From a virus, in the IMG/VR virus record IMGVR_UViG_3300032242_003075, positions 1 through 64,000 of that record: 64,000 nt of DNA, one strand, 5' to 3'. Within the stretch, counting starts at the first letter, position 1, and the number at the start of each line of letters is the position of its first letter. This document shows positions 49,477 through 58,777 of the stretch, one piece after another. The translations under genes were made by a program, and so were the position numbers. The notes beneath the pieces were generated by a model. The model worked only from the letters and a program-made list of their open reading frames with translations. It ran no database searches and was not told where the DNA came from.

Positions 49477-49810
49477 GCCGACTGACCATCTTCCTCTTAA
49501 GTACTTACTTGATATTCAGGCAAACCTACCGAGCTATCCAACTTCACAGGACTTTCTATTTGACGTCATCTCTTACCTAGTACGAGTTGCCGAATCAAAA
49601 TCCAAAGAATGGGACTCTGACTTAATTAAATTTTCCACTAAAACCTTAAAATACGTATTCGGTGAAAAACTTACACCCGAATTCTTAGATAAGCTAAAAC
49701 TTATCATGCGTGACTTAATACAAGATGGCACGTTAGTAAAAAATGGAGAATACTTAATAATTAATCAATCCGCATTTAACCGCTTTTACACGATATTACA
49801 ACCTGACTAA
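49466..49810 (+). CDS. Hypothetical protein (possible winged helix)
   Basis: 114-aa ORF between recombinase and helicase; LIQDGTLVKNGEYLII wing-like end. Confidence 0.6.
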   Translation: MIFKPTDHLPLKYLLDIQANLPSYPTSQDFLFDVISYLVRVAESKSKEWDSDLIKFSTKTLKYVFGEKLTPEFLDKLKLIMRDLIQDGTLVKNGEYLIINQSAFNRFYTILQPD

Positions 49811-49813
49811 ACT

Positions 49814-51337
49814 ATGATGATAGACTTTAAGGAGAACATTGAGCTCCTAGAAAAAATAATATTCAATTTTGTTTTAACCGAAGACGATAATGAGGTAATA
49901 ATAAAACCTAAAAACTACGATTCTTTGGATAAACGAGAAGTTATTCCATTAATTAAAGCGACCTATTTTAACGATGATACATTACAACGCCTTTATAGAA
50001 TAGCCAAGAAATTTTTTCTTGAGTATTCTAAAGTCCCAACCCGAAACGAACTTAGAGAATTAGCGAACCTTTCTAACTTAGACATTTCCGAATCTAAATT
50101 TAACTCAGTATTCGCCGTCGACCTAAGTAGCTATAACTATGACTTTTTATTTAAGTACACCAAGTCCTTTGTATTTTACAAGAACCTAAATGCTTCGGTG
50201 ATAGATGTTCTTTCTTACTTAAAAACGACCGACATTAACCCCGAAAACGTTGAACTAATCACAAACGAAGTAAGATCAAAATTCAACGAAAAGCTAAACG
50301 TATCATTTACAAATGCAGAATCAGGTCTAAACTTTTTCAATCCGGTCGATCACGTCCAGCTATCAAAGATTGGAAATCCGACCGGCTTTAAATTCTTTGA
50401 TAAAACGTTAGGCGGTGGTTGGAATCCAAAAACTCTAGTTGTATTTCAAGGTAGACCAAAGGTCGGAAAATCAATGGTCCTATCAAATATTGCAGGTCGA
50501 GCATTCATGTCAGGCTGTAACGTTGGAATAGCCACCCTTGAGCTATCGGATCGTAAGTACATGAAAAGATTGGGCTCAATGATACTAAACATCCCATTTA
50601 ATGAATACGATTCAATGTTAGATTCATCTCAGGTATCCGAGGTTCAGGAGAAGATGACTAATTTACAAAAGACCATTCCTAACCTTGGTGAGCTTGTTGT
50701 CAAAGAATTTCCAACTGGTACAGCTTCAGCAATTGACGTAGAAAATTACTTTCTAAAGGTTCAACAGAACACAGGTAAGAAATTTAAGATAATCGTCGTT
50801 GACTACATTAACTTAATGAGACCAATGCGAGAGCAGGGTAACGTGTATGAAAAGATTAAAGTCATTTCCGAGGAGCTTAGGGCGATCGCCATCAGAAATG
50901 AATGGTGCGTCATTACCGCTACTCAAATTAAGAGAGATGCGGTTGATGACCAAGACTTAAGCATGTCAGATATCGCAGAATCTTTCGGACTAGTACACAC
51001 AGTTGACTCACTATTCGGACTGATTAGGGGACCCATGGAAAAGAGAATGAAAATTAAGCTTATCGCCAATCGTGATGGAGGTTATACCGAAAGCTTTAAG
51101 ATGTACCGTATGAGCTACGAATTTGCTAAATTAACCGAGGAAAATGATCCAGCTTCTGAATTCTATTCTGATGATGATGATACTAAGTCTCTTGAGAGTC
51201 AAATGAGAACTCAGTACCAAACGGTTTACACAACGACTCTACCTCCAAATTTAATTCCAATGGCAGAGGCTTTGGCTAAAACTCATACCATGAATACGTC
51301 AAGCAATTATGATGACATACTTGCTGACATAAAATAA
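49814..51337 (+). CDS. gp41: Replicative DnaB-like helicase (gp41-like)
   Basis: PTGFKFFD..LGGG, GRPKVGKS, TLELS, VKEFPTG, IVVDYINLM, TATQ, IAESFGL. Confidence 0.93.
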   Translation: MMIDFKENIELLEKIIFNFVLTEDDNEVIIKPKNYDSLDKREVIPLIKATYFNDDTLQRLYRIAKKFFLEYSKVPTRNELRELANLSNLDISESKFNSVFAVDLSSYNYDFLFKYTKSFVFYKNLNASVIDVLSYLKTTDINPENVELITNEVRSKFNEKLNVSFTNAESGLNFFNPVDHVQLSKIGNPTGFKFFDKTLGGGWNPKTLVVFQGRPKVGKSMVLSNIAGRAFMSGCNVGIATLELSDRKYMKRLGSMILNIPFNEYDSMLDSSQVSEVQEKMTNLQKTIPNLGELVVKEFPTGTASAIDVENYFLKVQQNTGKKFKIIVVDYINLMRPMREQGNVYEKIKVISEELRAIAIRNEWCVITATQIKRDAVDDQDLSMSDIAESFGLVHTVDSLFGLIRGPMEKRMKIKLIANRDGGYTESFKMYRMSYEFAKLTEENDPASEFYSDDDDTKSLESQMRTQYQTVYTTTLPPNLIPMAEALAKTHTMNTSSNYDDILADIK

Positions 51338-51350
51338 TAAACAAACACCA

Positions 51351-52004
51351 GTGATTACTGACGACAACCACCACGAATTTGACGAATTTAGCAATGTACA
51401 TGAGTCAATTGACGATATTGAATACGATGATTCGTATGATGAATTAGAAGAAGACTCCGATTACGACGATGTTGAACTCGAAAGGCGCAGAGTGGCCTAT
51501 TCTGATCTAAAGAAGTCAGATAAGATATTCAATAACACCTATAACTTAGGTCTTGAAAATCATGACGAGGATGAATATTCTCAGCTAAACTCAAAATCTG
51601 AGATTAAAATAGATAGCGGTTCTCCTGACTATCACATGTACGATCCCGAGAGATATTCGGATCATGTTGATCTCTCGATCATACATCGAGACATTGACAT
51701 TTACGTTAAAGGTAATCAACGCGTGAACGAATTACTGGGAGATGAACCTGAAAGAAAAAAATTCACAAGGTCCGAAATAAATGAACTTTTTGAAATTTTA
51801 ATAAACGGCCTAACCAAAGGTCCACAGACGAACGTTTTTATCAATTCAATTCACGTATTGGATGCAATTTCCGCTTTACTTAGCGTTGAGTATAAAAAGC
51901 TTTTTGACACTCTAACCTACGAAAACAAAGAAATCCTGCTAATAGAATTAAATGCAAAATACGGATTTTTAGACAGTACCGGTAGAAACCATAAGATATT
52001 TTAA
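51351..52004 (+). CDS. Hypothetical protein with acidic N-terminus
   Basis: 217-aa ORF coupled to gp47 by a TAATG overlap. Confidence 0.7.
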   Translation: MITDDNHHEFDEFSNVHESIDDIEYDDSYDELEEDSDYDDVELERRRVAYSDLKKSDKIFNNTYNLGLENHDEDEYSQLNSKSEIKIDSGSPDYHMYDPERYSDHVDLSIIHRDIDIYVKGNQRVNELLGDEPERKKFTRSEINELFEILINGLTKGPQTNVFINSIHVLDAISALLSVEYKKLFDTLTYENKEILLIELNAKYGFLDSTGRNHKIF

Positions 52005-53119
52005 TGCAACTTAATAACATTAGAAAAATAACGTTGATAGGCGATCTCCATCTAGGAATCAAGAATAACTCAATGGAATGGCTTCAGATACAAAAAAGCT
52101 TTTTACTTGATTTTTTGATTAGTAAGGTTGATGAAGATTTCAATCAAGCTCAGGATATTCTTTTGTTTGAGGGAGACATCTTTCATTCTCGTGAATCAAT
52201 TAACGTTAGAGTTCACGATGAGGCTCTAACCATCTTTAAAACTCTTGCTGAAAAATTCAAGCGTGGAATCTACATCATAATTGGAAACCATGACGTGTAT
52301 TACAAAGATCGAAACGTGGTTCACTCATTAAAGGCAATATCTCACCTGTCCGATAACATTCACGTGTTTGAAAATCCTAAAACTTTAAGCATAAACGGAT
52401 CTCATAATTTTTTAATGTTACCTTGGGTTGAAGATACGTCAAAGATCTCCGGCATAATATCCGATAATAAGGATTTTTGTGATTACGTAATTTGTCACAC
52501 CGACGTTAAGGGAGTTAAGTACAATCGTTGGACCAAAGTCGATCATGGAGTTGAAGTTTCCGACCTAGAATCGTATAAGCGAGTTTATTCCGGTCACATT
52601 CATCATCGTCAAGAGTTTAAAAATGTTCTCTACACTGGGACTCCTTACCAAATGGACAGGGGAGATCGCGGAAATACTAAGGGTTTCTATCAGTTGGACG
52701 TTTCTAGTTCAAAGATAATTGAAACCTTCATTGAGAACACTCAATCGCCAGTTTACAAGAAATTCGATGTGTATGATCTACTAGAGAAACCTATGTCTGA
52801 TATAATCGATGAATTCAATAATTCATTCGTTGACATTATGATAAGCGTTAGCTTAGTTAATAAATTCTCGGTGAATAGATTCTTGGAATTGATTTCTAAG
52901 TCGACTCACAGAAAGATTGAATTTTTTACCTATGCTAATGATGATTCAAAGTCAGATTCAACGAGTGTTGAATTTAATCCTGAGGACCAATTTAACGTAA
53001 TTGACATTTTTAAAAGTTACATTAAATCCAAGGAATACTCTCAGACGTTTAAACAATCTCTCGCTAAAAAATTCGTTGAGATTCATAATACTGTAAAATT
53101 ACAAGACCTAAATGATTAA
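52004..53119 (+). CDS. gp47: Mre11/SbcD-like recombination nuclease
   Basis: GDLHLG, GDIFH, GNHD, SGHIH, YTGTPYQ metallophosphoesterase motifs. Confidence 0.92.
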   Translation: MQLNNIRKITLIGDLHLGIKNNSMEWLQIQKSFLLDFLISKVDEDFNQAQDILLFEGDIFHSRESINVRVHDEALTIFKTLAEKFKRGIYIIIGNHDVYYKDRNVVHSLKAISHLSDNIHVFENPKTLSINGSHNFLMLPWVEDTSKISGIISDNKDFCDYVICHTDVKGVKYNRWTKVDHGVEVSDLESYKRVYSGHIHHRQEFKNVLYTGTPYQMDRGDRGNTKGFYQLDVSSSKIIETFIENTQSPVYKKFDVYDLLEKPMSDIIDEFNNSFVDIMISVSLVNKFSVNRFLELISKSTHRKIEFFTYANDDSKSDSTSVEFNPEDQFNVIDIFKSYIKSKEYSQTFKQSLAKKFVEIHNTVKLQDLND

Positions 53120-53609
53120 TCCTGCAATACTACAAACACTAATCGTTAATAAAACACCGGACGGTGAGTTCGGAGTCTTTACCAATGCGCAAATACACAA
53201 ACATACGACGGTTGAAATTTGTGCCTGGCTACCTATCACCAAAAAAGTCCAAATCTTACTTAAATCAAACGGCTCAAGTTTAGCCAACGCTATATTTGAA
53301 AATCCTGACGGAATGGACAGGGAAAGAGCTTTCATTGAAAAGCTGGCTGACATGGAATTACAGAAGAGATTGGACGCAGGGCTGATTAGCCAAAGTCAAT
53401 TTACCGATCTTATACTCAGTTCATTTGACCCAACTAAATTACTTCACGTAGAGTCTCATGCTCTACTTTTAGGGTTCGGTTCAATTTATCGAAGATCACA
53501 AGTATCCCCTAACCTTAATTGGGAATATGATAGTTCCTCTAAACTATACAAATTCTTTGCAGTACAAGATATTCAAGCGGGTCAAGAACTCACGTATTTT
53601 ACCAACTAA
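53112..53609 (+). CDS. SET-domain protein (degenerate NHS motif)
   Basis: GEFGVFTNAQI...VEIC, LGFGSIYRRSQVSPNL, FFAVQDIQAGQELT. Confidence 0.75.
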   Translation: MINPAILQTLIVNKTPDGEFGVFTNAQIHKHTTVEICAWLPITKKVQILLKSNGSSLANAIFENPDGMDRERAFIEKLADMELQKRLDAGLISQSQFTDLILSSFDPTKLLHVESHALLLGFGSIYRRSQVSPNLNWEYDSSSKLYKFFAVQDIQAGQELTYFTN

Positions 53610-55270
53610 TGAAGATTCACGAATTCTCATTTCGAAATATTTGCTCTTACGGCAATAAATTACAGACCTTTAAGTTTACGGATGATCCAAAGCTAATTCT
53701 TGTTCAAGGTAAGAACGGAAGCGGCAAATCCTCAATTTCCGACGCGCTGACCGTTTCGATTTACGGAAAGTCAGCGACTCGTAAGATCAAGGAAATTCCC
53801 AACCGGATCAACAAGAACGCTTACACTCACATCAAATTAACAACTTACGGCGGTAGGGAGGTCGAAATTGAACGTGGAATAGAACCTAATTTTTCAAGGG
53901 TAACGATCGACGGTGCCGATTACAATTTACCGGATAAGCGAAGGGTCGATGATTTCATTGAGGAAGAGTTAACCAAAATTCCATTCAATGTTTTCTCAAA
54001 CACAATAAGCCTATCAGTTAATGATTTTAAAAGTTTCGTTAAATTAAGTCCGGCTGACAAGCGTCAAATCATCGATAAGATATTTGGACTTGACATTGTG
54101 AATGACATGTCAAAGGTTTCAAAGGAGGAGACAAAGAAGATTAAGGGCGAAATAACTCCGCTTGAAACTTCAATCCAAAGTAATCAACGACTTTTAGAAT
54201 CTTCGGTTAATCAGCTGGAGTCACTAAAGACTGAGATAGAAGCGACCAATACTGCAAAGCTTGAGGAGTTAACTAATCAAATCACTGAATTATCTGAACA
54301 GAAAGAGACTCACCGATTGAAAGCTGGCGAATTTACAACACAGATCAATGAAATACAGAAAATCATTAGACAGCAACGTGAATCAATAGGCACGATAAGA
54401 TTAAACGTTTCTGAAATACAGAAAAAGTTGGACATTTACAGCAAAAACAAGTGTCCACATTGTTTATCTGATCTTACTGATGAACTTCACAGTCAAATTA
54501 AAGACAAGTTATTGGCTAAGAAGTCCGAGCAAGAATCTCTTGCACCAAGCATTACTGAAAAGATTTCAGAGTTTGAATCTCAATTATCTGAGGTTCAAAA
54601 CACTCAAACTTCAATCAAGAACCAGTTCTATCAAGTAGATGCTCAAATAACCTCCATTAAGCGTGAGCTATCTGAACTATCTAAACAGACATCAAATACT
54701 TCCGATAAGCATTTATCAGAAGTAATTAAAAGAATCAGAACTGAGATTCAAGACAGATCAGTTGAATTAACTGAGTGTCAAGAACGACTTAAGATCTCCC
54801 AAGAAATGGAACAAATACTCTCTGACAACGGCATGAAAAAGATGCTAATGAGTCAAATAATTCCATTGCTTAACAAGAAAATTCTTAAAACGGCTAAGGT
54901 TCTGGAGTTTAAATTTGCATTTGAGTTTGACTTGGAGTTCAATCCAATAATCACCCATTTGGGAATGCAAATTTCTCCGGATTCACTATCCGCTGGAGAA
55001 CAAAAGAAGATGAACTTAATCGTTTTATTGTGCATTCTTGAGCTTATTAAGCTTAAGCATAATAAGGTGAACGTGCTATTTCTAGATGAGATTTTTTCAT
55101 CGTTAGACGTTGACTCAATATTTAGAGTAGTTGATCTACTTAAAACTTTCTCCAAGAAGTACAATATGACAGTATTCGTCATTTCTCACGATCCTCTTCC
55201 TGAGGAATACTTCGACACCAAAATTCTGGTGGAGAATTTTGACCATTTTTCGGATTTAACGATCATTTAG
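53609..55270 (+). CDS. gp46: Rad50/SbcC-like ATPase
   Basis: GKNGSGKS, CPHC hook, LSAGE signature, LFLDE, ISH. Confidence 0.93.
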   Translation: MKIHEFSFRNICSYGNKLQTFKFTDDPKLILVQGKNGSGKSSISDALTVSIYGKSATRKIKEIPNRINKNAYTHIKLTTYGGREVEIERGIEPNFSRVTIDGADYNLPDKRRVDDFIEEELTKIPFNVFSNTISLSVNDFKSFVKLSPADKRQIIDKIFGLDIVNDMSKVSKEETKKIKGEITPLETSIQSNQRLLESSVNQLESLKTEIEATNTAKLEELTNQITELSEQKETHRLKAGEFTTQINEIQKIIRQQRESIGTIRLNVSEIQKKLDIYSKNKCPHCLSDLTDELHSQIKDKLLAKKSEQESLAPSITEKISEFESQLSEVQNTQTSIKNQFYQVDAQITSIKRELSELSKQTSNTSDKHLSEVIKRIRTEIQDRSVELTECQERLKISQEMEQILSDNGMKKMLMSQIIPLLNKKILKTAKVLEFKFAFEFDLEFNPIITHLGMQISPDSLSAGEQKKMNLIVLLCILELIKLKHNKVNVLFLDEIFSSLDVDSIFRVVDLLKTFSKKYNMTVFVISHDPLPEEYFDTKILVENFDHFSDLTII

Positions 55271-55320
55271 GTAACCTTTTTTGATTTTAGTAGTAAAAGA
55301 TAGAAAATCTTTACTCAACT

Positions 55321-56211
55321 ATGATCACCTTCAAAGCTAATTCATTTGCTGAATGTTATTCTGACTCACTTAAGTCACTTTTAGAAAATGGCTTAGTTAA
55401 TAACGCTAGGGGTACCACAAGTAAAGAATTACTGGACGTTGCCCTAGTCATTGAGGATCCGACTAAATGCCTATATTCTAATCAGGTCAGAGGTTCACAA
55501 TTAAAGTACATAGCTGCTGAATTTCTTTGGTATTATTCTGGCCGAAATGACGTAGAGTTCATTTCAAAATGGGCAAAGTTCTGGGAAACGATTCAGAATC
55601 CTGACGGTACAGCTAATTCGGCTTACGGTAACTTAATATTCACCGAGACTAACGAGCATGGGTTTTCTCAGTATCAATGGGCAATACAGAGTCTAATCAA
55701 TGACGCTAATACTCGTCAAGCAATACTTCATTTTAATAAACCTAAACACCAGAATTCTTCTAATAAGGATTTCGTTTGTACTATGTACGCGAACCTACAC
55801 ATTAGACGAAATAAGCTCTACATGAGCGTTTTCATGAGAAGCAATGATGTTATTTTGGGAACTCCGACCGACGTAGCATTTTTTTGTTCCTTACAAATGC
55901 AAATTCATTCTCATCTTAAAGAATTTTATCCGGATCTGGAACTAGGTTCGTATACACACGTTGCTAATTCCTATCATGTGTACGACCGACATTACGATCT
56001 AGTTAACAGAATGTTAGACTCTGAATTTAACCCTGAAAGTCTTCCACCGATAATTTCAGATCTAATTGAAATTGATGGAACTCAATCCAATGACTTCAAA
56101 TCAGTTTTTGATTCAATTAACTCGCCGAGCGACGACATCTTGATATTTCAGGACAGTTTTGATCTTTTAAAATGGATCTTTCTAAATCTATCCAACATTA
56201 ACCCCGAATAA
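55321..56211 (+). CDS. Thymidylate-synthase-fold enzyme, dCMP (hydroxy)methylase-like
   Basis: EFLWY, NSAYG, TRQA, DFVCT (catalytic Cys), MRSNDVILGTPTD with Asp at the specificity site, SYHVY; promoter TAAC-N17-GTAAAAG at 55272-55299. Confidence 0.8.
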   Translation: MITFKANSFAECYSDSLKSLLENGLVNNARGTTSKELLDVALVIEDPTKCLYSNQVRGSQLKYIAAEFLWYYSGRNDVEFISKWAKFWETIQNPDGTANSAYGNLIFTETNEHGFSQYQWAIQSLINDANTRQAILHFNKPKHQNSSNKDFVCTMYANLHIRRNKLYMSVFMRSNDVILGTPTDVAFFCSLQMQIHSHLKEFYPDLELGSYTHVANSYHVYDRHYDLVNRMLDSEFNPESLPPIISDLIEIDGTQSNDFKSVFDSINSPSDDILIFQDSFDLLKWIFLNLSNINPE

Positions 56212-56217
56212 CTAATC

Positions 56218-56676
56218 ATGATGATTGATAAACAACATAAATTCGACATAGCTTACATTAAGATGGCTCAAGTTTGGTCAGAGTTGTCTTATGCAACTCG
56301 CAAAAAGGTCGGAGCTCTAATCGTCAAAAACAACACAATCATTGCCGACGGATTCAATGGAACTCCTACCGGTTTTGAAAATGAATGTGAAATTGCAATA
56401 AACCACGAGGACGGGTCCTTTATTGAATACCAAACTAAGTGGTACGTTCTACATGCTGAATCTAATGCCCTAGCTAAAGTTGCTAAATCGACCCAAAGCT
56501 CAGATGGTGCAACACTATACATCACATACTCTCCATGTCGAGAGTGCAGTAAATTGATCCTACAAGCCGGAATCAAACGAGTCGTCTATCTAGAAGAGTA
56601 TCGAGATATTTCAGGTCTTGACTTTTTAAGAAGGGCTGGTGTCGATGTAAAAAAAATAGACAGTCAATCAATATGA
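56218..56676 (+). CDS. dCMP deaminase
   Basis: VGALIV, GFNGTP, HAESNA, SPCRECSK. Confidence 0.93.
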   Translation: MMIDKQHKFDIAYIKMAQVWSELSYATRKKVGALIVKNNTIIADGFNGTPTGFENECEIAINHEDGSFIEYQTKWYVLHAESNALAKVAKSTQSSDGATLYITYSPCRECSKLILQAGIKRVVYLEEYRDISGLDFLRRAGVDVKKIDSQSI

Positions 56677-57074
56677 TAGATTCAACAGATCGCCGACTTG
56701 AAATAGTCTTTGTTAGAGATCAGCGACAATTTATTCAAGTTTTTAACAAAAAACAAAAATGCGATTATTTACTTAACGTGAATAAAATAATTAGGGAAAA
56801 ATTTGAGCAAGAGATCATTGTCCCCAATAAGATTCAGTCCTTTTTAATTAATTATGAAATTAAAAAACTAATTGACAAAGCGGTAAACGTTAGGAATCGA
56901 AAGTACAATCGAATAATTTACGTAAATTCAGGATTAAGCGTTAGTAGCATAAACAATGCAATAAAATTCTTAACTCTTGCGTATGATGAGATAACGTTTG
57001 TCCCGAAGCTAATTGATACCGACTCTGATTTTAATGAACTTGCCGGAGTTGAAATCATAAAAAAAGGGCTTTAG
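56673..57074 (+). CDS. Hypothetical protein
   Basis: 133-aa ORF overlapping the deaminase stop (ATGA). Confidence 0.7.
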   Translation: MIDSTDRRLEIVFVRDQRQFIQVFNKKQKCDYLLNVNKIIREKFEQEIIVPNKIQSFLINYEIKKLIDKAVNVRNRKYNRIIYVNSGLSVSSINNAIKFLTLAYDEITFVPKLIDTDSDFNELAGVEIIKKGL

Positions 57075-57085
57075 AGCCCTTTTTT
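57061..57085. terminator. Bidirectional terminator
   Basis: aaaaa-gggct-ttag-agccc-tttttt between convergent operons. Confidence 0.85.
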
Positions 57086-57102
57086 ATTAGATATTAGTTT
57101 AA

Positions 57103-57492
57103 TTATGCTCGATTTATCTTAACTTGTCCAGAATAAACTTGAGAATCTTCAGGTTTATTAACATCGTCTATTAGTACAATATCAAATTCACCAGCTTTAT
57201 CCTTTCTAGTCGAGATCATTACTGCAGAATCTTTTTTTGAATTCGAAGTCATTGGCTCAATTACCTTAAAATTTCTAACCTCCTTGCTATCTTCGCTTGG
57301 TTCTCCCAATGCGGTAAATTCAAAGGACTTTCCGTCAGCAGTCGTGACTGAGATTTTGTAATTGTTGTTAGTTGGCTCAGCCGGTTTAATCGTTGTAGTT
57401 TCGACGGACTTCTGATCAATGTCTCCTGTTCCAGGCATTGCTACTGCATCCTCCTCAGATAACCATTGTTCGTATAGTTTAATCGCTCTCAT
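57103..57492 (-). CDS. Putative head-internal protein
   Basis: N-terminus MRAIKLYEQWLSEE; late operon. Confidence 0.55.
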   Translation of the reverse strand: MRAIKLYEQWLSEEDAVAMPGTGDIDQKSVETTTIKPAEPTNNNYKISVTTADGKSFEFTALGEPSEDSKEVRNFKVIEPMTSNSKKDSAVMISTRKDKAGEFDIVLIDDVNKPEDSQVYSGQVKINRA

Positions 57493-57500
57493 TAAGATGA

Positions 57501-58139
57501 TTATTCTTCGTCCTCAGGATTTTCAGATTCTTCAGAATCTTCTTCTTCTTCCTCAGCTGGAGCTTCGCTCATTCTCTTAACTGCTGTACATAGCAGTTCA
57601 GCAACTTCTTCTCTATCAATTTCCATCTTTTCTGCTATGTCAGATATAAGATCTTCGATTTCTTCTCCGAACTCATCCATTAAGTTTTCAAGTTGTTCTG
57701 CATCAACCTCAACGTCTTCCGGCGATCCTTCCATGGGCTCATCCGTTAATGGTTCATCGGTTTCAGCTTCAGCGAACATGTTGAATCCTTCACTCTCGTT
57801 TAGAAATTCTTCGAAAGTTCTGATTCTTGCGGCTTCTTCAACAGCGTCAACTGTTGCAATTGTTGGTTTTGCGTACATTGGATCAAATGGTTTTTTCTTT
57901 GACGTTCTTGAAATGAGGTCACGAGTTACCGCTTTCCAAGTTGGGTCGTAATTATGATTGAACTTTCCACCTTCAAAGTCAGCATTTCTGTCAACTACTC
58001 GTTGGTATGGTTCTAGTGATTTTCTTTTTGATTTATCGAAAGGTTCAGCTGAATTAGGTCCGCCGAATCCAGGTTTCTTTAGGTCAGAATACTTATCCAT
58101 TGAAGGATTGTCCCTGCGTTTTATGTTAAACATGTCCAT
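57501..58139 (-). CDS. Putative prohead core/scaffold-like protein (basic N-half, very acidic C-half)
   Basis: Internal RIRTFEEFLNESE motif followed by an E/D-rich helical tail. Confidence 0.55.
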   Translation of the reverse strand: MDMFNIKRRDNPSMDKYSDLKKPGFGGPNSAEPFDKSKRKSLEPYQRVVDRNADFEGGKFNHNYDPTWKAVTRDLISRTSKKKPFDPMYAKPTIATVDAVEEAARIRTFEEFLNESEGFNMFAEAETDEPLTDEPMEGSPEDVEVDAEQLENLMDEFGEEIEDLISDIAEKMEIDREEVAELLCTAVKRMSEAPAEEEEEDSEESENPEDEE

Positions 58140-58158
58140 GATTTAGGATTTAATTATT

Positions 58159-58758
58159 TTATTGACCGATTCGAGTCTCTGTGTAAGAATCTGCAGAGAA
58201 CTGAACCGAAAGTTTAAGTATAGTTTCGTTAGTGTAATCCAATTCTGTCTCGGTCATTTTCTCAGGACCTATGAAGACTGGTGAGAACACAAAATCTCTA
58301 AAGATTGCACCTGCTCGGTTGAATTGAGTTACTTGAATTGAAGCTGGGTTGTTTGCCGGTCCAGCGTACGCTGACTTTAAACCTTGTCTACCGGTTAACG
58401 GGTTATAAATTAAATCAGCCCATGCTCTTAGTGCATTGTAGATGTAGTTATCGTTATTGTCGTTTAAGTTAACCTCAAAGTCAATCTTGAACTGGTGATA
58501 TGTTTGAGCAGGCTTAGCTGGAGCGTATATCCTGTCAGAGAATTTATAGTGTTGAACAATTACTCCTGAACCTGAACCTGCGTATTCCGGAAGCTTATCC
58601 ACCTTCAATACGTGTTCCAACATTAGATTGTTTCCAAATCCGATTTTTCCTGCTACTGCCGGCGGTGGTGTGATGATGACTTCAAACTGATTTAAGTAAA
58701 TCGGTTCGTATCTTCCTGGACCTGCAGTTGAATTTTTAAAATGTGGTAGACCTGCCAT
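58159..58758 (-). CDS. gp19: Tail tube protein (gp19-like)
   Basis: EPIYLNQFEVIITPP, LRAWADLIYNPLTG, QFNRAG, ELDY, VQFSADSY; 199 aa; late promoter at 58779-58785. Confidence 0.75.
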   Translation of the reverse strand: MAGLPHFKNSTAGPGRYEPIYLNQFEVIITPPPAVAGKIGFGNNLMLEHVLKVDKLPEYAGSGSGVIVQHYKFSDRIYAPAKPAQTYHQFKIDFEVNLNDNNDNYIYNALRAWADLIYNPLTGRQGLKSAYAGPANNPASIQVTQFNRAGAIFRDFVFSPVFIGPEKMTETELDYTNETILKLSVQFSADSYTETRIGQ

Positions 58759-58777
58759 CGTATGTCTTAGTTTTTAG

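Noticed and set aside
55321-56211. Plain thyA annotation
   Set aside because: The specificity residue is Asp rather than Asn and the motifs resemble T4 gp42, so the thyA symbol is withheld.
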